Below are positions 12,697 to 25,394 of a stretch of 64,000 nt of DNA, in pieces; position 1 is the stretch's first letter; each line of letters starts with the position of its first letter. The DNA is taken from contig NGBS01000308.1 in the NCBI GenBank assembly GCA_002245135.1, positions 62,001 to 126,000 on the forward strand, in the 5' to 3' direction. The notes beneath the pieces were generated by a model, which was given only the letters and a program-made list of their open reading frames with translations, did not search any database and was not told the DNA's origin. Position numbers and translations under genes: made by a program. Origin of the DNA: Proteromonas lacertae. Lineage: Eukaryota.

Positions 12697-15042
12697 TTAC
12701 TTATTTTGAAATCTTTTAGAGTATTCTTCAGATAATTTCTTCACAGCATTCTGTGGAGCTTTTTGGATGTGACTATACTCCATAGTAAACTCACCTCTAC
12801 CTTGAGTACACTGTCTCAACTCAATCGAATAACCAAACATATTAGATAAAGGAACATTTGCTGTAATAGTCATTTCACTATTACCTTTCATTTCAGTATC
12901 TCTAATTTCTCCTTTTCTTCTATTTAATCCACCAATCACAACACCTTGGAATTCTTCAGGAATAACAACTTCAACCTTCATTACTGGTTCTAATACTGTT
13001 GGATTAGCATTTTTAAATGCTTCAGAGAATGCATACTTTGCTGCAGTTCTGAATGCTAATTCACTTGAATCTACTGGATGGTATTGACCATCATTAAATC
13101 AATTAAAGAAAAACAGTAATTTGAATGGAAATAATCAACAACAAAAAAGATATGTTATAACAAATCTAACTCCTTGTACTTTATGTCCAGATATTTTACC
13201 TTCTTCCATTGCTTCCATAAAACCTTTCTCTATTGCAGGTACATATTCTGGCAATATATTCAATCCAACCAATTTATTCACAAACTCTGCTCTAACTTCA
13301 CCATTGTAAGGTAATGGTTCAATGTAACCAATGACTTTAGCATATAAACCTTGACCACCACTTTGTTTCTTATATAAATAATTGAAATCAGCTCTTTGTT
13401 GAATGCATTCACGATAATTCACACGTGGAGGTGATACTTCTACTTCACAATGATATTCCCTTCTTATTCTTTCTAAATATATCTGTAAATGTAGTTCACC
13501 CATTCCATTGATTAATGTTTCATTCTTTTCATGATTATAAGTAACTTTAAATGTAGGATCTTCTCTTTGAAAACGTTTCAATGCTTTTGTGAAATTCTCC
13601 AAGTCTTTTGAATTTTTATTTTTTACTGCAAATGATATAACTGTTTCTGGAATATACATATTACTTAAAGAATATCGAATTTTATCACTTGTGAATGTAT
13701 CTCCACTATTACATTCTACTCCAAACATAGCGACAATTTCTCCAGGACCAACGCCATTTACATCTTCCATATCATTTGAATGCATTCGTACTAATCTTGG
13801 AACTTTAATTGATTTCTTTTCTCTTGTATTAACTATGATTTCTCCTCTTTTAAATAAACCTTGATATATTCGAAGATATGTCAATTGACCGAATTTTCCT
13901 TCGTCTAATTTGAAGGCAAATGCGACTAATGGTAAGTTAATATCTGGATAAAGTTCAACCAATTTATTCTTTAGTTTTCCAGTTTCATCATCTTTTTCTG
14001 TTTTGTTTAAATCAAAAGCATTTTGTTTAGTTTCTTTGGGAGATGGTAAATATTTCACAACTCCATCTAATAATGGTTGAATCTATTAATAAATAAAATA
14101 AAATAAAATAAAATATACTCCTGCATTTTTATAAGCTGAACCAACAAAAACTGGTGCAAATTTCAATCCAATTGTTGTTCTTCTTATTGCTTCATATAAT
14201 TCATCATTTGTTGGATCTTCTTCCATTATAAACTTCTCAGATATTGCATCATCCACTTCCGCTAATTTTTCCACTAACTCTTTTCTTTTCTCTTCCACTA
14301 ATTCTTTCATATCATTGGGTACTTCCTTCTCAACCAAATCGTCACCATTTTTACCTTCATAATAAATAGCTTTTCTTTTAATAATATCAATTGTTCCTTT
14401 GAAATTTGATTCTGAACCTATTGGTAACATCACCATTGCACAATTTAAATGAATTTTATTCCTCAAATCTTCTACTACACGATAAGCATCTGCACTTTGT
14501 CTATCTAATTTATTAACAAAACATAACCTTGGAATATTATATCTTCTCATTTGTCTATCTACAGTGATTGATTGACTTTGAACTCCTGCTACACCACAAA
14601 GGATTAAAATTGCTCCATCTAACACTCTTAAAGCTCTTTCTACTTCAACAGTGAAGTCAACATGTCCTGGTGTATCGATAATATTTATTCTATAATCTCC
14701 CCAATGAGTATATGTTGCTGCAGATTGAATTGTAATACCTTTTTCTCTTTCTAATTCCATTGAATCCATCTTTGCACCAACTCCATCTTTCCCTCTCACT
14801 TCGTGAATTGCTTTTATTCTTCCTGTGTAATAAAGGATTCTTTCAGTTACTGTAGTTTTTCCAGAATCTATGTGTGCAGATATACCAATGTTACGAAGTT
14901 TTTCTATTGGGACAATATCCATATTGCTAGATGCAAAACATCGATATAGATATAAACTAGTGAAGCAAGGCTTGAATGGATTCTGTTTAAGTGATTGAAA
15001 CAATGGCTTAATTGTATTTGGTTTAAAAAAACGACCTATCAT
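12697..15042 (-). CDS. GFM1: Mitochondrial elongation factor G1; 2 introns (one GT-AG, one AT-AA)
   Basis: [56 protein letters not shown]-terminal basic targeting-like leader. Confidence 0.96.
13094..13153 (-). other. Putative minor (U12-type) intron with AT-AA termini, 60 nt
   Basis: Minus strand GTT ATA AC|ATATCTTTT...TTTTCTTTAATTGATTTAA|T GAT GGT; removal gives [19 protein letters not shown]; retention gives two in-frame TGA; no AG exists inside. Confidence 0.85.
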
Positions 15043-15120
15043 CTTCTAGTTAGTGAGATACAGATTGAATGATGAAAGGTCAAATGATTCTGTAAGTGAC
15101 ATTTGACATGTAATTTCAAA

Positions 15121-15565
15121 ATGAAAAATAAAAAATCGAAAAAAAGCAAACAGACAGATATATCCTCGTTCTTTTCAGCAGAAAAGGCAGAAGCAGTGAT
15201 AGAAGTTATAGATAATGATAAAAGTAAGACGAAAAAATTGAAAATTGAGAAAACTAAGAAAGAAAAGGTAGATCATATCGAAAAAGAGTATAATATTGAT
15301 TAATCAATTACATAGAGAGTTGGATAAATCTATATCTAAGCAGAAAGAAGATGCCCGCCAAATTCACAATAGATTAGTGGGAATGCAAAGAAAGCATATT
15401 CATAAAATTGACGATACAACAGGTGGTTTGCCAATATATCCTCATGCAGATATATCTTTAGAAGACATTGATATTCTAAAAGCTGTTTCTGAAACAACAA
15501 AACCTCCTAAAAAGAAACGAAAAACAAAGAAAACAAAAGAAGATGAAAATGAATTTGAAGAATGA
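15121..15565 (+). CDS. Small lysine-rich, probably nuclear protein of unknown function; 1 intron
   Basis: ORFs 15103-15303 and 15296-15565 join through intron GTATAATATTGATTAATCAATTACATAG; NLS-like PPKKKRKTKK. Confidence 0.65.
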
Positions 15566-15715
15566 AGAGAATTTTTTTTTTATAATTTAATTGTTGTGAT
15601 ATGCATGTGTTTTTGTTAAATATATTAGTATATACCTACCCACAAAAAAAAACATTAAAAACATATAATAATAAAGAAATAATTTAAAATGAATAATATA
15701 TAATTGTTAGAAATG

Positions 15716-18108
15716 TCATATATTGCTATATATATATTCACAATTAGTAGTATTACTATCTGCATTAACATAACTAACTTCAATTTCATTACCTGACTCA
15801 ATAATTGTTTTAGGACATTCACATACACCTTTATTTCTATTACATTTTCCAATGCCACTACATTCCATCACAATATTATAAGTATTATTAAAATGATAAT
15901 TGCCATAACTACATTTCCTTAAATCACAATTCTTACCAGTCCAATTATTAATACAAATGCATTCATTTCTTCTACATATTCCATGATTATTGCAGTTATT
16001 TTCGCATCTACTATTTCTGTTATTATCCTTTAAGATTGGATATAATCCTGTGATAGGTATTTCAAATACTCTTCTTTCTGGTTCTCGTGAGATTATTAAT
16101 TCTCCTTTCTCACTAACTGTCCATACATTAGAATCCCAACAATCTCCATCTACTTCATATTTAGAAGCAGCAATTTTGGTGAAATAAATTTCTTCTTTGA
16201 ATGGATCAGTATTTGGCAAACGACTTAATCCAACAAACAAATTATCTTCTGATTCATCTTGTAATATTCTATTTTTTAATTCATTATTATTATTATTATA
16301 TATGATATTTCCATCTTTTCCAAATATTTTAAAATATCCATTACTAGTGAAATCTAAACCAGGAAATGTGGAAGATGAAATATTTCTAGAACTAATAGAT
16401 TTAATCCCCTTAATGTTTATTTTTTCACATTCGTATATATATACATCACTATATTTATTATTAATTGATATTTTACTTTCAGTACATTCCTCTGGATTTT
16501 TTAAATCAATTAATAATTTCATTATATTCATTTTTTTATTATTTCCATTTATATAATTACTACTTATCATATTATTACTACCCTTAATAAAACCTCTACA
16601 ATTACTCATTTCTATAGTGTCATCTGTATTATTTGCAATAAAACCATAAACATTATGAACATTTGTATTTAATCGAATATCAATATATGAAAGAGTGATT
16701 TTACTCAATCGTGATGCTTTTCCTATTATTCCACCAAATAATACATCTTTCTCAAGCAATTTCAATCCTGTTATTATAGTAAAACTATTATGAATTAATG
16801 TATCTACAGAATCAGCAATAATTCCAGAATATATATGTTGTCCTGATTTAGTTTTAGAAATCTCAAACCCTTCGGCTTGAGTATATGATTTTTCTATATT
16901 ACAATCATCACATTGACCAACCATTAAACCAAAATTCTTTCTTTCAGTAATTTTGAATTGTTTAACTCGAACATATGAATTTATTATATTAATTTTCTTT
17001 CCATTTCCTATTAATAAACTAGTAAAAATATCTTCTTCTAATTCATTCATATTTCTTCTAATATTTCCATCTTTATTTGTTATTTCTAATGGTGAAATAA
17101 AGTCAATTGTAACTCTATTAAACTCAGTAGAAATTGCACTTCCACTAACAATGCCAAAATTAATATCGTTATTAATAGAAAATTCAGTTGTTGTTGTTTG
17201 ATTGAATATTATTTCTACATTACTTAATCTTGAATTAATTACTTGGTTGAATAACATTCCTGAATATTTATTATCATATTCATCAGTAATTTCATTCTCA
17301 CTAAATTCATATTTTCCTTCACTTATAAATACGAATGTAATATCTTTAATTTCTGTATAATTTAATTTATTAATAAAACCAGACTTTGATAATTTATCTT
17401 TAAATATTACTCTATTATTTCTACCATTGATTGATCCTTCAAATATTGGATTCACTATCCATTGAGAATTATCATTGTTAATAATCTCAATATCGTTTAA
17501 TAATACACACTGAGTAGCATTCTCTTGATTTAAACAGTTTCTTAAAGTATCTTCGTTAATTACATAGAATATATTAGGTCTTAGTGGGATTAATGGAATA
17601 TCTGGAATAGGTGTTGGAGTTTCTTCATCTGTAACTTCTTCTTCAGTCTTTTCTTTATCAGTAAAATCATCTCCTTCACCATCTTCTTCTGTTGGTTTGC
17701 TTTCATCTCCCTGGTTTGTACCACTCGCTGTAGTTGTAGTTACTGAGTCTGGATTGGTTAAATCTTCATCTGTTTCTGTTGATTCTTGTTCATTTACAAC
17801 ACTACGAATATTTGACTTTTTATCTATTAATATCATATGAATCGAATTTTTATACACTCATAAACTGGTATTTCATCTCTCTGTAACTCAGGATTCTTTA
17901 ATTTGCTGTCATCTACTTTAACACTGATCTTTTCATGCAGATCATTCTTTGGTTTACTTTTTGAAAACAAATATTCTTCATCAGAACCCTTTTTATTAAT
18001 ATAATTTTCATTAAACTGTTTTTTGAAATTCTTGGTGGCTCTACTAGCAGATATAGCATTAATATAAATTATTAGAATAACTAGAATATAAACATTGTTC
18101 TTCATCAT
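15716..18108 (-). CDS. Secreted/surface protein: signal peptide, acidic linker, beta-solenoid (GLUG-like) region, C-terminal tenascin-type EGF repeats; 1 intron
   Basis: MMKNNVYILVILIIYINAISA; FEGSINGRNNRV and repeated GxxxG...I.N strands; CENNCNNHGICRRNECICINNWTGKNC and ECSGIGKCNRNKGVCEC. Confidence 0.75.
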
Positions 18109-18341
18109 GAAAAAACAAAGCCAACGTAATGGTATCAAACCAGAATCGAACCTCTTTTATATTTCGTTGATTATGTAATGATATAGTTGTTATTATGTCA
18201 AATATTATTGTATAAAGCAATCTTGCTGTTTATATTTATATTATACTCTCGATATATAGAAGTAATTGTTGTGGATTTGATGTTTTTTAGATTAACAATA
18301 CAAAAATAATTTTAAATACACTTTTATTTCAAATATAATAA

Positions 18342-18959
18342 CTACAAATCAGCTAAACCACCTATTGATTAAAATAAATAAAAACGATCTATACCTTGTT
18401 TTGCTTGAACTGGCTTTACAAGTACAGCTTCAGGTTCTGGAGCAAAGAATGCAACAGGTATTTGAGATTCTTTTAAAACTCTTGAACCTGGAGGAATTAA
18501 TAACTGAAGTAAAGAAAATCTTCCACCTTTAATGAAGTAAACAATTGCAGATAGAATAAGAACAAGAAACTAATAATAATAAGTATAATATTATTAATAC
18601 TTTTAAACCAACTAAACCTAATGATGCAAATAAACCAATAGTCCATGTCTGAGGTGGATACATTCTATCCATTGCACTGTCTATATATGGAATACATAAT
18701 TGTTATTTAAAAATACGAACTGCATAAACGCAATAACCTGATACACAAATGCTAATAGTATAGAATATCATTAATCTAATATAAACAATTATAAAAACGA
18801 ATACAATAACATCCATCTCTCGCTATATCTACCTAAAACGTACATACAGAAAAGAGCAAGAACAAGATCATATTGAGGCAGTTGTCCATTTAATGGTTCA
18901 AATAGTGATGCTAATAATACCAAAATGTTAATATTGTAAAGTATTGACAAAGAATCCAT
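18342..18959 (-). CDS. Small multi-pass (about 4 TM) membrane protein; 4 introns; missed by the ORF track
   Basis: ATG 18959 MDSLSILYNINILVLLASLF... joins across four GT-AG introns to ...KGGRFSLL...QGGLADL TAG; weak resemblance to AGTRAP-like proteins. Confidence 0.75.
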
Positions 18960-19001
18960 ATTTTTAAAAATCTAAAGTGAACAAGCCAAGTTTATTGAAA
19001 A

Positions 19002-20077
19002 ATGTCAGAAGAAGAAAAAGGATCATCTGTATATTTTTTTATAATATTATCGATGTATTTAGTCTGAGAATGAGGGTGGAAGTAGTGGAGAGGAAGTAGA
19101 GCTTTCAGATGATGAAATTGCACGAGTTCCTTTATTAGGAGATGATAGTGCTGTATTATAATATATATAATATGTATAGCCAAATGAATTGCCATCTGAG
19201 AAGTTAAAAGAGTTGATTGATAAACAAAAAGCAAAAAATGAACCACCGCCAGTTGAATCTGCAAATGATCCTTCAAAACCAACAGAAGTTGATCCAAATG
19301 CAGTAATAAATACCAATAATACAGAAAATATACCTACAAATCCAAATACAGGTTTAAATCCTGATAATAAAAACAATGAAGAAGGAGAAGGAGAAGTTGA
19401 CGAAGATGAATGTTTCCCAGTGGATGCACCTATCAGACATCACCTACAAGATGATATTCTAAATCAAATTTCAGAAAATGACTTATTAAAAATAGCTGAT
19501 AGGCAATTATCACTCTTAGATATAGATTATCAACAATGTATTAACTGTCAAAGAAGAAATGATAATCTTGAAGAAAGAGAGTTAGAAAATCAAGATGAAT
19601 CTGTCATTGAGAGAAATCCATATTCTGAGAACTATACTCCCATTACTCAAATTAATTCCGATGATGATGATGATGATGATACTGAAGAAGAAGAAATAGA
19701 AGGTGATAATTTATTTAAACATGATCCAAATTATATTCGAAAACCTCATCAACCGCTTGAAAATGAAAAAAATAGTAAAATTAAAGATATTATTAATAAG
19801 TTACCACCTCCAAAATATCCTAAATGGGTAGAAAGTATTAATTATGTGATTTATTTTCTAAATAGATTTGAATATGGAAAAGATGAAGAAAATGGCAGAA
19901 CAGAAACAGCAACAACAACAACCTCCGCCTGATTCAGCATCTATTCCTCCACCTCCTTCCACAAATCAATCAAATTTAAAAGATTATGATATATTACCCA
20001 CCAATCCAGGTACTAAATCAAATAAAAATGGAAAGAAGAAGAGAAATAATAAAAAGAAATCTCATAATAAAAAATAA
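19002..20077 (+). CDS. Acidic low-complexity protein with a MEA1-like motif; 3 introns
   Basis: ATG 19002 MSEEEKGSS; introns join to ORFs 19189-19932 and 19868-20077; KIKDIINKLPPPKYPKW resembles the MEA1 core (inference). Confidence 0.6.
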
Positions 20078-20113
20078 AACTCAATTTATTATTATCTTGT
20101 CATAAAAACTATT

Positions 20114-20776
20114 TTATATCTTTTTAGTACCATAATATTTACATATATCAATTATACATGACTTTATATCTTCATATACTTTCACATTGTGTCTTTCAGC
20201 AACTTCTTTTAAATATGCTCTTGCTCTGTTGATATCCTTCAATTGTTTATCATCTATTTCTTGACCATCAATTGTGCATCCTTGTTTCAACATTTTTAAA
20301 ACTAAATATACCTTCCTACCACTTCCTATTGCTTCATTAGCTTCACCAAGACTTACTAATGCTCTTTTAAACTAGTAATTAAGAAATAAATTAAAAAAAA
20401 TATAATTATGATTAAAATGATATGTTTCATCATCAATGCAAAATAACAACGAATCTGATTCTTCTTTTGCTTTTCTTTCGAGTTCAATGAGTTCTTCTGA
20501 CCATTCTTCAACCTATAGACATTTTATATTGCTTATTAAATACTTGTGGATTATAATATGACACTCCATGCAAATCAAGCATTGGCATGGCTATATCTTT
20601 ACGCCATGTGGTTGGATTGCAAGATCCTCCTAAAAATACATTTGGATGTCCTCGTTTGTACTTTTTGTAAATATATCTACCTGCCAACATAGTACCTACT
20701 AAAGCAACACCACAAGTCTATATCGTTAAGACATAATAAATACAATTAAAGTACTTTTATTGGAATTTGAAGACAT
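20114..20776 (-). CDS. Nucleoside 2-deoxyribosyltransferase-like (Raw-type) protein with N-terminal hydrophobic anchor; 3 introns (one AT-AA)
   Basis: VFLGGSCNPTTWRKDIAMPML...YYNPQVEEW...LFCIDDETRALVSLGEA...GRKVYLV...DINRARAYL, characteristic of the Raw/NDT-like family. Confidence 0.85.
20367..20423 (-). other. Putative minor (U12-type) intron with AT-AA termini, 57 nt
   Basis: Minus strand GAT GAA AC|ATATCATTTT...ATTTCTTAATTACTAGTTTAA|A AGA GCA; removal restores IDDETRA; retention gives an in-frame TAG; using the internal AC or AG as acceptor gives a frameshift and stop. Confidence 0.82.
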
Positions 20777-20911
20777 AGCAAATCTAACTGACAATTATTA
20801 AATTTGGGTAATTTGTCAGAACATGTTTTTAAACACCCAAAAATTAAAAATAAAAAAAATTCAACATATATTCCATAATTAACATACAAAAAGTATAATC
20901 TTAAATTATTT

Positions 20912-21693
20912 TTAATCCAAATTACACATTTCAATTGCTTCTTTCAATATACTCACTTGACTATCACTAAATATCACCTTTGGCCTTATATCTTTAATCA
21001 TTTTATAACCTTCATCGATGCTTTTAACTATATTCCTCTTCATCATATATAATATTCCTGTTAAAACAGATCTTCCATGTCCATAGGCACAATGTATATA
21101 TATTTTTGTATCCTGTGGGTATTTATCTAATTTTTCTATTAAATTGCACAGATCTTTAGCACTCGGCATTGTCATATCCAATGTAGGTATACAATAATAA
21201 CTAAATTTAGAATATTTATTTCGATTATACTCACAGTTGTTGAATAGTTTGGGAGGTAGTGGAAATTCTGTTGTAATATCAACTACTACATCTATAGATG
21301 ATGGGAATTTCTTAGGATAATAAAAAGGATACCTACCAATGAAGATATTCGGATAAACTTCTGAGTAAGCAGGCTCATTTGATAGTTTTTGACGAATGTA
21401 CCATATGATATAATAAACTATCAAATATGGAAAACACACAACCAAACTCAAATATGATAATTGACCAGTTTTTGGATTTTTGTGTATCATCATTAATGCA
21501 ATAGATCTTCAAATTATAGTAATAATTTTATAACATACCTATTGTATAAATAACTTAGTGCAATTACGAATTGAACAATACCAGCCCACAATGAATAAAA
21601 AAACAAGTATGGGCAGTTTATCGAGTATTTACATATATAAAACCACACAAAAGAAATCACTAGATAGCTTGCTCCTACATGAAAAAAAGCCAT
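20912..21693 (-). CDS. Membrane-bound dual-specificity phosphatase (YnbD/PTPMT1-like); 1 intron
   Basis: HCAYGHGRS catalytic loop, VVDITTEF, CIPTLD; three N-terminal hydrophobic segments; ATG 21693. Confidence 0.85.
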
Positions 21694-21792
21694 AAACGAA
21701 TCTTTTTTGAATATTCACATGTCAAAATAGAATTGAACTTCTCTCAAAATAAACACAATAATCTTAATAAATAACATAATATTCATTTCTAT

Positions 21793-22394
21793 TTATTTTT
21801 GCTTCAACACTTTCAAAGGTCTAAGTTGTTCTAACAACCACTCAATCCCTCTTTTTATATTCACTCCTGTTAAAGCACTTGTAGATTCCAAATGCAATGG
21901 ATGACCTAAATTTCCGTATAGATTAAACGCATCTCTTACATCTTTCTCACTAATAGCTGATAAAAGGTCTTGTTTATTGGCATAAATCAAAATTGGAACT
22001 TTATTCAATCTTGATTCGTTAATAAGCAAAGTAAAATACACTCCAACTTCATTTAATCTTCTTCGATCAGAACAATCCATAACAAATATTACAGCACTTG
22101 TATTATCATAATAAGTACTCCATAACCCTCTAGTTTCTCTTGAACCACCAATATCATACAATTTTAATACAGAACGATGTTCTTCATTAGAAAAAGAGAC
22201 TATATTGTATCCTTCAGAAGGTGTGGCATCTGATAATACAGGACATTCATCAGTAGAAAAATGTTTTAAAATTGATGTTTTACCAGAACCATCCAATCCT
22301 ATACAACAAAAATATGTAATTCTCATATAATACCCAAAACTAACACTTTAAATACCTGTATTTTGTCAAAATTACAACAATTTATATTACCCAT
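21793..22394 (-). CDS. ARL3-like small GTPase; 1 intron
   Basis: Spliced MGNINCC...VLVLGLDGSGKT, TPSEGYN, YDIGGS, VPILIYANKQDLL, SALTG. Confidence 0.85.
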
Positions 22395-22529
22395 ACTTCG
22401 TCTATCTACTCTTCAATAAACATTTTTTGAAAATAAATAAATTGTAACGAATAAATATTTTGAATTACTTTTAGTTTTGATTTTGTGTATTTATTATAAG
22501 GTATTTAATTATTTAATCGCAATCACTAA

Positions 22530-23635
22530 ATGGGAAATCTGTATTCACATAGTATACAATTATTGAATAATTGTTTTATGGTTAGAATCAAAAGAAGATG
22601 TAGACGAGTTTGAAATAGCTTTGAATCCACAATCAGAAGAAGGTATTTTGATTAATGTATTACAAATAATAGACCTTGATAATAATACAAGTCTAATTAG
22701 TGAAGAATTACCTGACAATCTTCAATATAGGCCTGTTGATCAACGTGTATATCCAGCAATGGATGCACCAGAGATTACAATAGAGAATCCCAACACTGAT
22801 GATTTATTAAGAAGAGTTAGTATAATAATTCAACAACATATAAATAATGGGTCTACAAGATATGCCAAACAACAACTACTACAGAAACAACTACAGCTAC
22901 AACAACAACAACAACAAAGTTCAGAATCATTGTCAAATAGCACAACACCTCGAACTCCTCGAACTCCTCTTTCTCCAAGCGAATTTCCTGATCCAAGTGA
23001 TATATTTGATGAAAGCAATTTCATATCAACTCAATATGAATATAGAATCATCAATATTCCTCGAATGCAAGCATTTACTTGTTATGAAATGAGGAAAGTG
23101 AAAAGAGAATATAAAATACCAACTGTTGATAATATTTATTCATTTATGAAATGGTTATATGATAAAGCATATGTATATTATTATTATTTATTTATTTATT
23201 TAGATGTGTACCGAATGTATAGTAGTATCGTTAATATACATTGAAAGATTATTAGAATTTGAATCAAGGATGATGTTATTGCCTAATAATTGGCGACCAG
23301 TCTTACTTTCATCGATATTATTAGCACATAAAGTATGGCCTGATAATATATCCAAGAATATTGATTATACATTGATATTTCCACAATTTACTGTAAAATC
23401 GGTAAATGAGTTGGAAAGATTGTTTATAAAATATATCCGTTGGGAATTATATATAAGCAGTACAGTTTATGCAAAATATTTCTTTGCTTTGCAGTCATTA
23501 AATGTGAATAAAAATTTTCGTCAAAAGTATATGAATACTATTCGTAGTGTGAATAAAAATAGTGTTTATGATAATAAAAAATTAGAGGAAAGAAGTAAAG
23601 ATATTGAAGATATTCTTTTAAGTCGTAGTATTTAA
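22530..23635 (+). CDS. CCNY: Cyclin Y-like protein; 3 introns
   Basis: MGN start; PTVDNIYSF, ECIVVSLIYIERLL, NNWRPVLLSSILLAHKVW, VNELERLF, ISSTVYAKYFFAL; poly-Q insert. Confidence 0.88.
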
Positions 23636-23807
23636 ATATATGTTTTACATAATGATAATATTTTTATTTATTTTGAAGTATTTAATAAAATAATAATATT
23701 CATATAACACTACAGAATTCTTTTGATAATTCTTATTTTTCACTTTTAGCAAAAAACAAAAAATCAATAAATTTCGATTTCAAATATAACTAAAATATTT
23801 AAAACAA

Positions 23808-25394
23808 TTAATTTTCAACTTCTACTCTTCTTCTTTCTTCTCTTGATACTGGATTTTGAACTTTACAATCCAATAATAAATGATTATCAGGCTTCAAGCC
23901 AATACAAGCACGTAATAAATTAATAATACACTCTCTTTGTTTGAATAAAGCATTTACAACTGGACTATTCTTTGGAACTTCTGGTTGTTTAGTTAAATAA
24001 CTCAAAATTGATAAAATAGAATCGAATTTCTCAAATCCATTACTTCCTGGGTATTGAACGTGAATTCTTTCCATTAATTCTGTTAATAATACTAAATCCA
24101 ATATGATTGGAGCAGCTAATAATGAATCTTCACATGTATTATGCATAGAGATTGTATTCAATCCACCGCAGAATATTTCACTTGTATATTCATCAATAGC
24201 TCTTTTACTATCAGCAACATAGGGAATATATTTAATTACAACTAAATGATCTGGTTTTTCACCTTCTTTATATAATATTCTATTGCTATTAACCATATCA
24301 TCAATCACTGTTGATTTACTAATCTCTTTAGATCTGAATTGTTGTGGAGCTGATAAATTCTTACCATCGTTATTACCAAGATGGTTATAACTACATACAC
24401 TTACTGGTTTTATACCAGCAGATATTAAGAAATCGACTAATACAGATTTCATCTTAGTTTGACCACTCTTCAAATCATTTCCACCAATGAATACTTTCTT
24501 TTGTTCAGCTAATTCTTTTACACCTGGTACAAATGTATTTTGAGGACTTGCGTTAATATAACTGCAACCTTCTAATATGGAAGCTACTGCAAAGATTGTA
24601 CTAGCAGAAATTTCACTTTCACTTCTATCTATTGCTTTTAATAAATTTTCAGCTGTATCATTAATTCCTTCTTCTAATGCAGCATATCTTTCAGTATTAG
24701 CTGTCCATAATAATATCACTTTATCTAATTCATTATCTCTTTTGAAATTTCTAATATCTTCACGAATCTTTTCTAAGTGCTGTTTCTTATCATCACCTGG
24801 TAATATATTATCTGCTCTATCAGCTTGATTTGCAGCAATGAAATCTGGGTAATAGATTGATGGTAATGGACGAATATCTTTTAGATAAGGATATAATTTA
24901 TCTTGCAATGTTACATCAAATACTCTGGCTCTTCTCATACCATCACCTAAATTCATAGAGTTAATATCCCAACCACCAACTACTAAATCATTTGGATTGA
25001 CCATTGGTAAGATATTGTAGAAAGGAACATACACTTCTTCTTTACCACAATCACCTATTTTTACTGTAGAGGCTTGAGTTAAAGAACCAACATAATCAGC
25101 ATGTCTTGTACCATTCTTTGTTTCCCATGTTAATCCTTCTCTATTGGCAATAATACCACCAGTTAATGTTGTACCATTGTTACCACCCCAACCAATGAAC
25201 ATTACACCAGTTTTTGGAGCTCTTCTTTCTGTTTTGAAAGTGTATTTGGTTGAAACTGGGACGACCTTCAACTTTCCACGTTCATGTACTACTTGGGATT
25301 GATCGTAGTAATAATCAGCAACAATTTCGCTTTCGGTGTATTTAACATTTGGAGCATCTACTATGACAGGTTCACTGGAGAATTGAGTTGACAT
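23808..25394 (-). CDS. INO1: Myo-inositol-1-phosphate synthase (intronless)
   Basis: [38 protein letters not shown] conserved blocks. Confidence 0.97.
   Translation of the reverse strand: MSTQFSSEPVIVDAPNVKYTESEIVADYYYDQSQVVHERGKLKVVPVSTKYTFKTERRAPKTGVMFIGWGGNNGTTLTGGIIANREGLTWETKNGTRHADYVGSLTQASTVKIGDCGKEEVYVPFYNILPMVNPNDLVVGGWDINSMNLGDGMRRARVFDVTLQDKLYPYLKDIRPLPSIYYPDFIAANQADRADNILPGDDKKQHLEKIREDIRNFKRDNELDKVILLWTANTERYAALEEGINDTAENLLKAIDRSESEISASTIFAVASILEGCSYINASPQNTFVPGVKELAEQKKVFIGGNDLKSGQTKMKSVLVDFLISAGIKPVSVCSYNHLGNNDGKNLSAPQQFRSKEISKSTVIDDMVNSNRILYKEGEKPDHLVVIKYIPYVADSKRAIDEYTSEIFCGGLNTISMHNTCEDSLLAAPIILDLVLLTELMERIHVQYPGSNGFEKFDSILSILSYLTKQPEVPKNSPVVNALFKQRECIINLLRACIGLKPDNHLLLDCKVQNPVSREERRRVEVEN

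Noticed and set aside
3512..14113. Microsatellites: (TA)n at ~3512, (AAT)n at ~3973, (AAAAT)n at ~14090
   Set aside because: Ordinary intronic simple repeats with no sign of function
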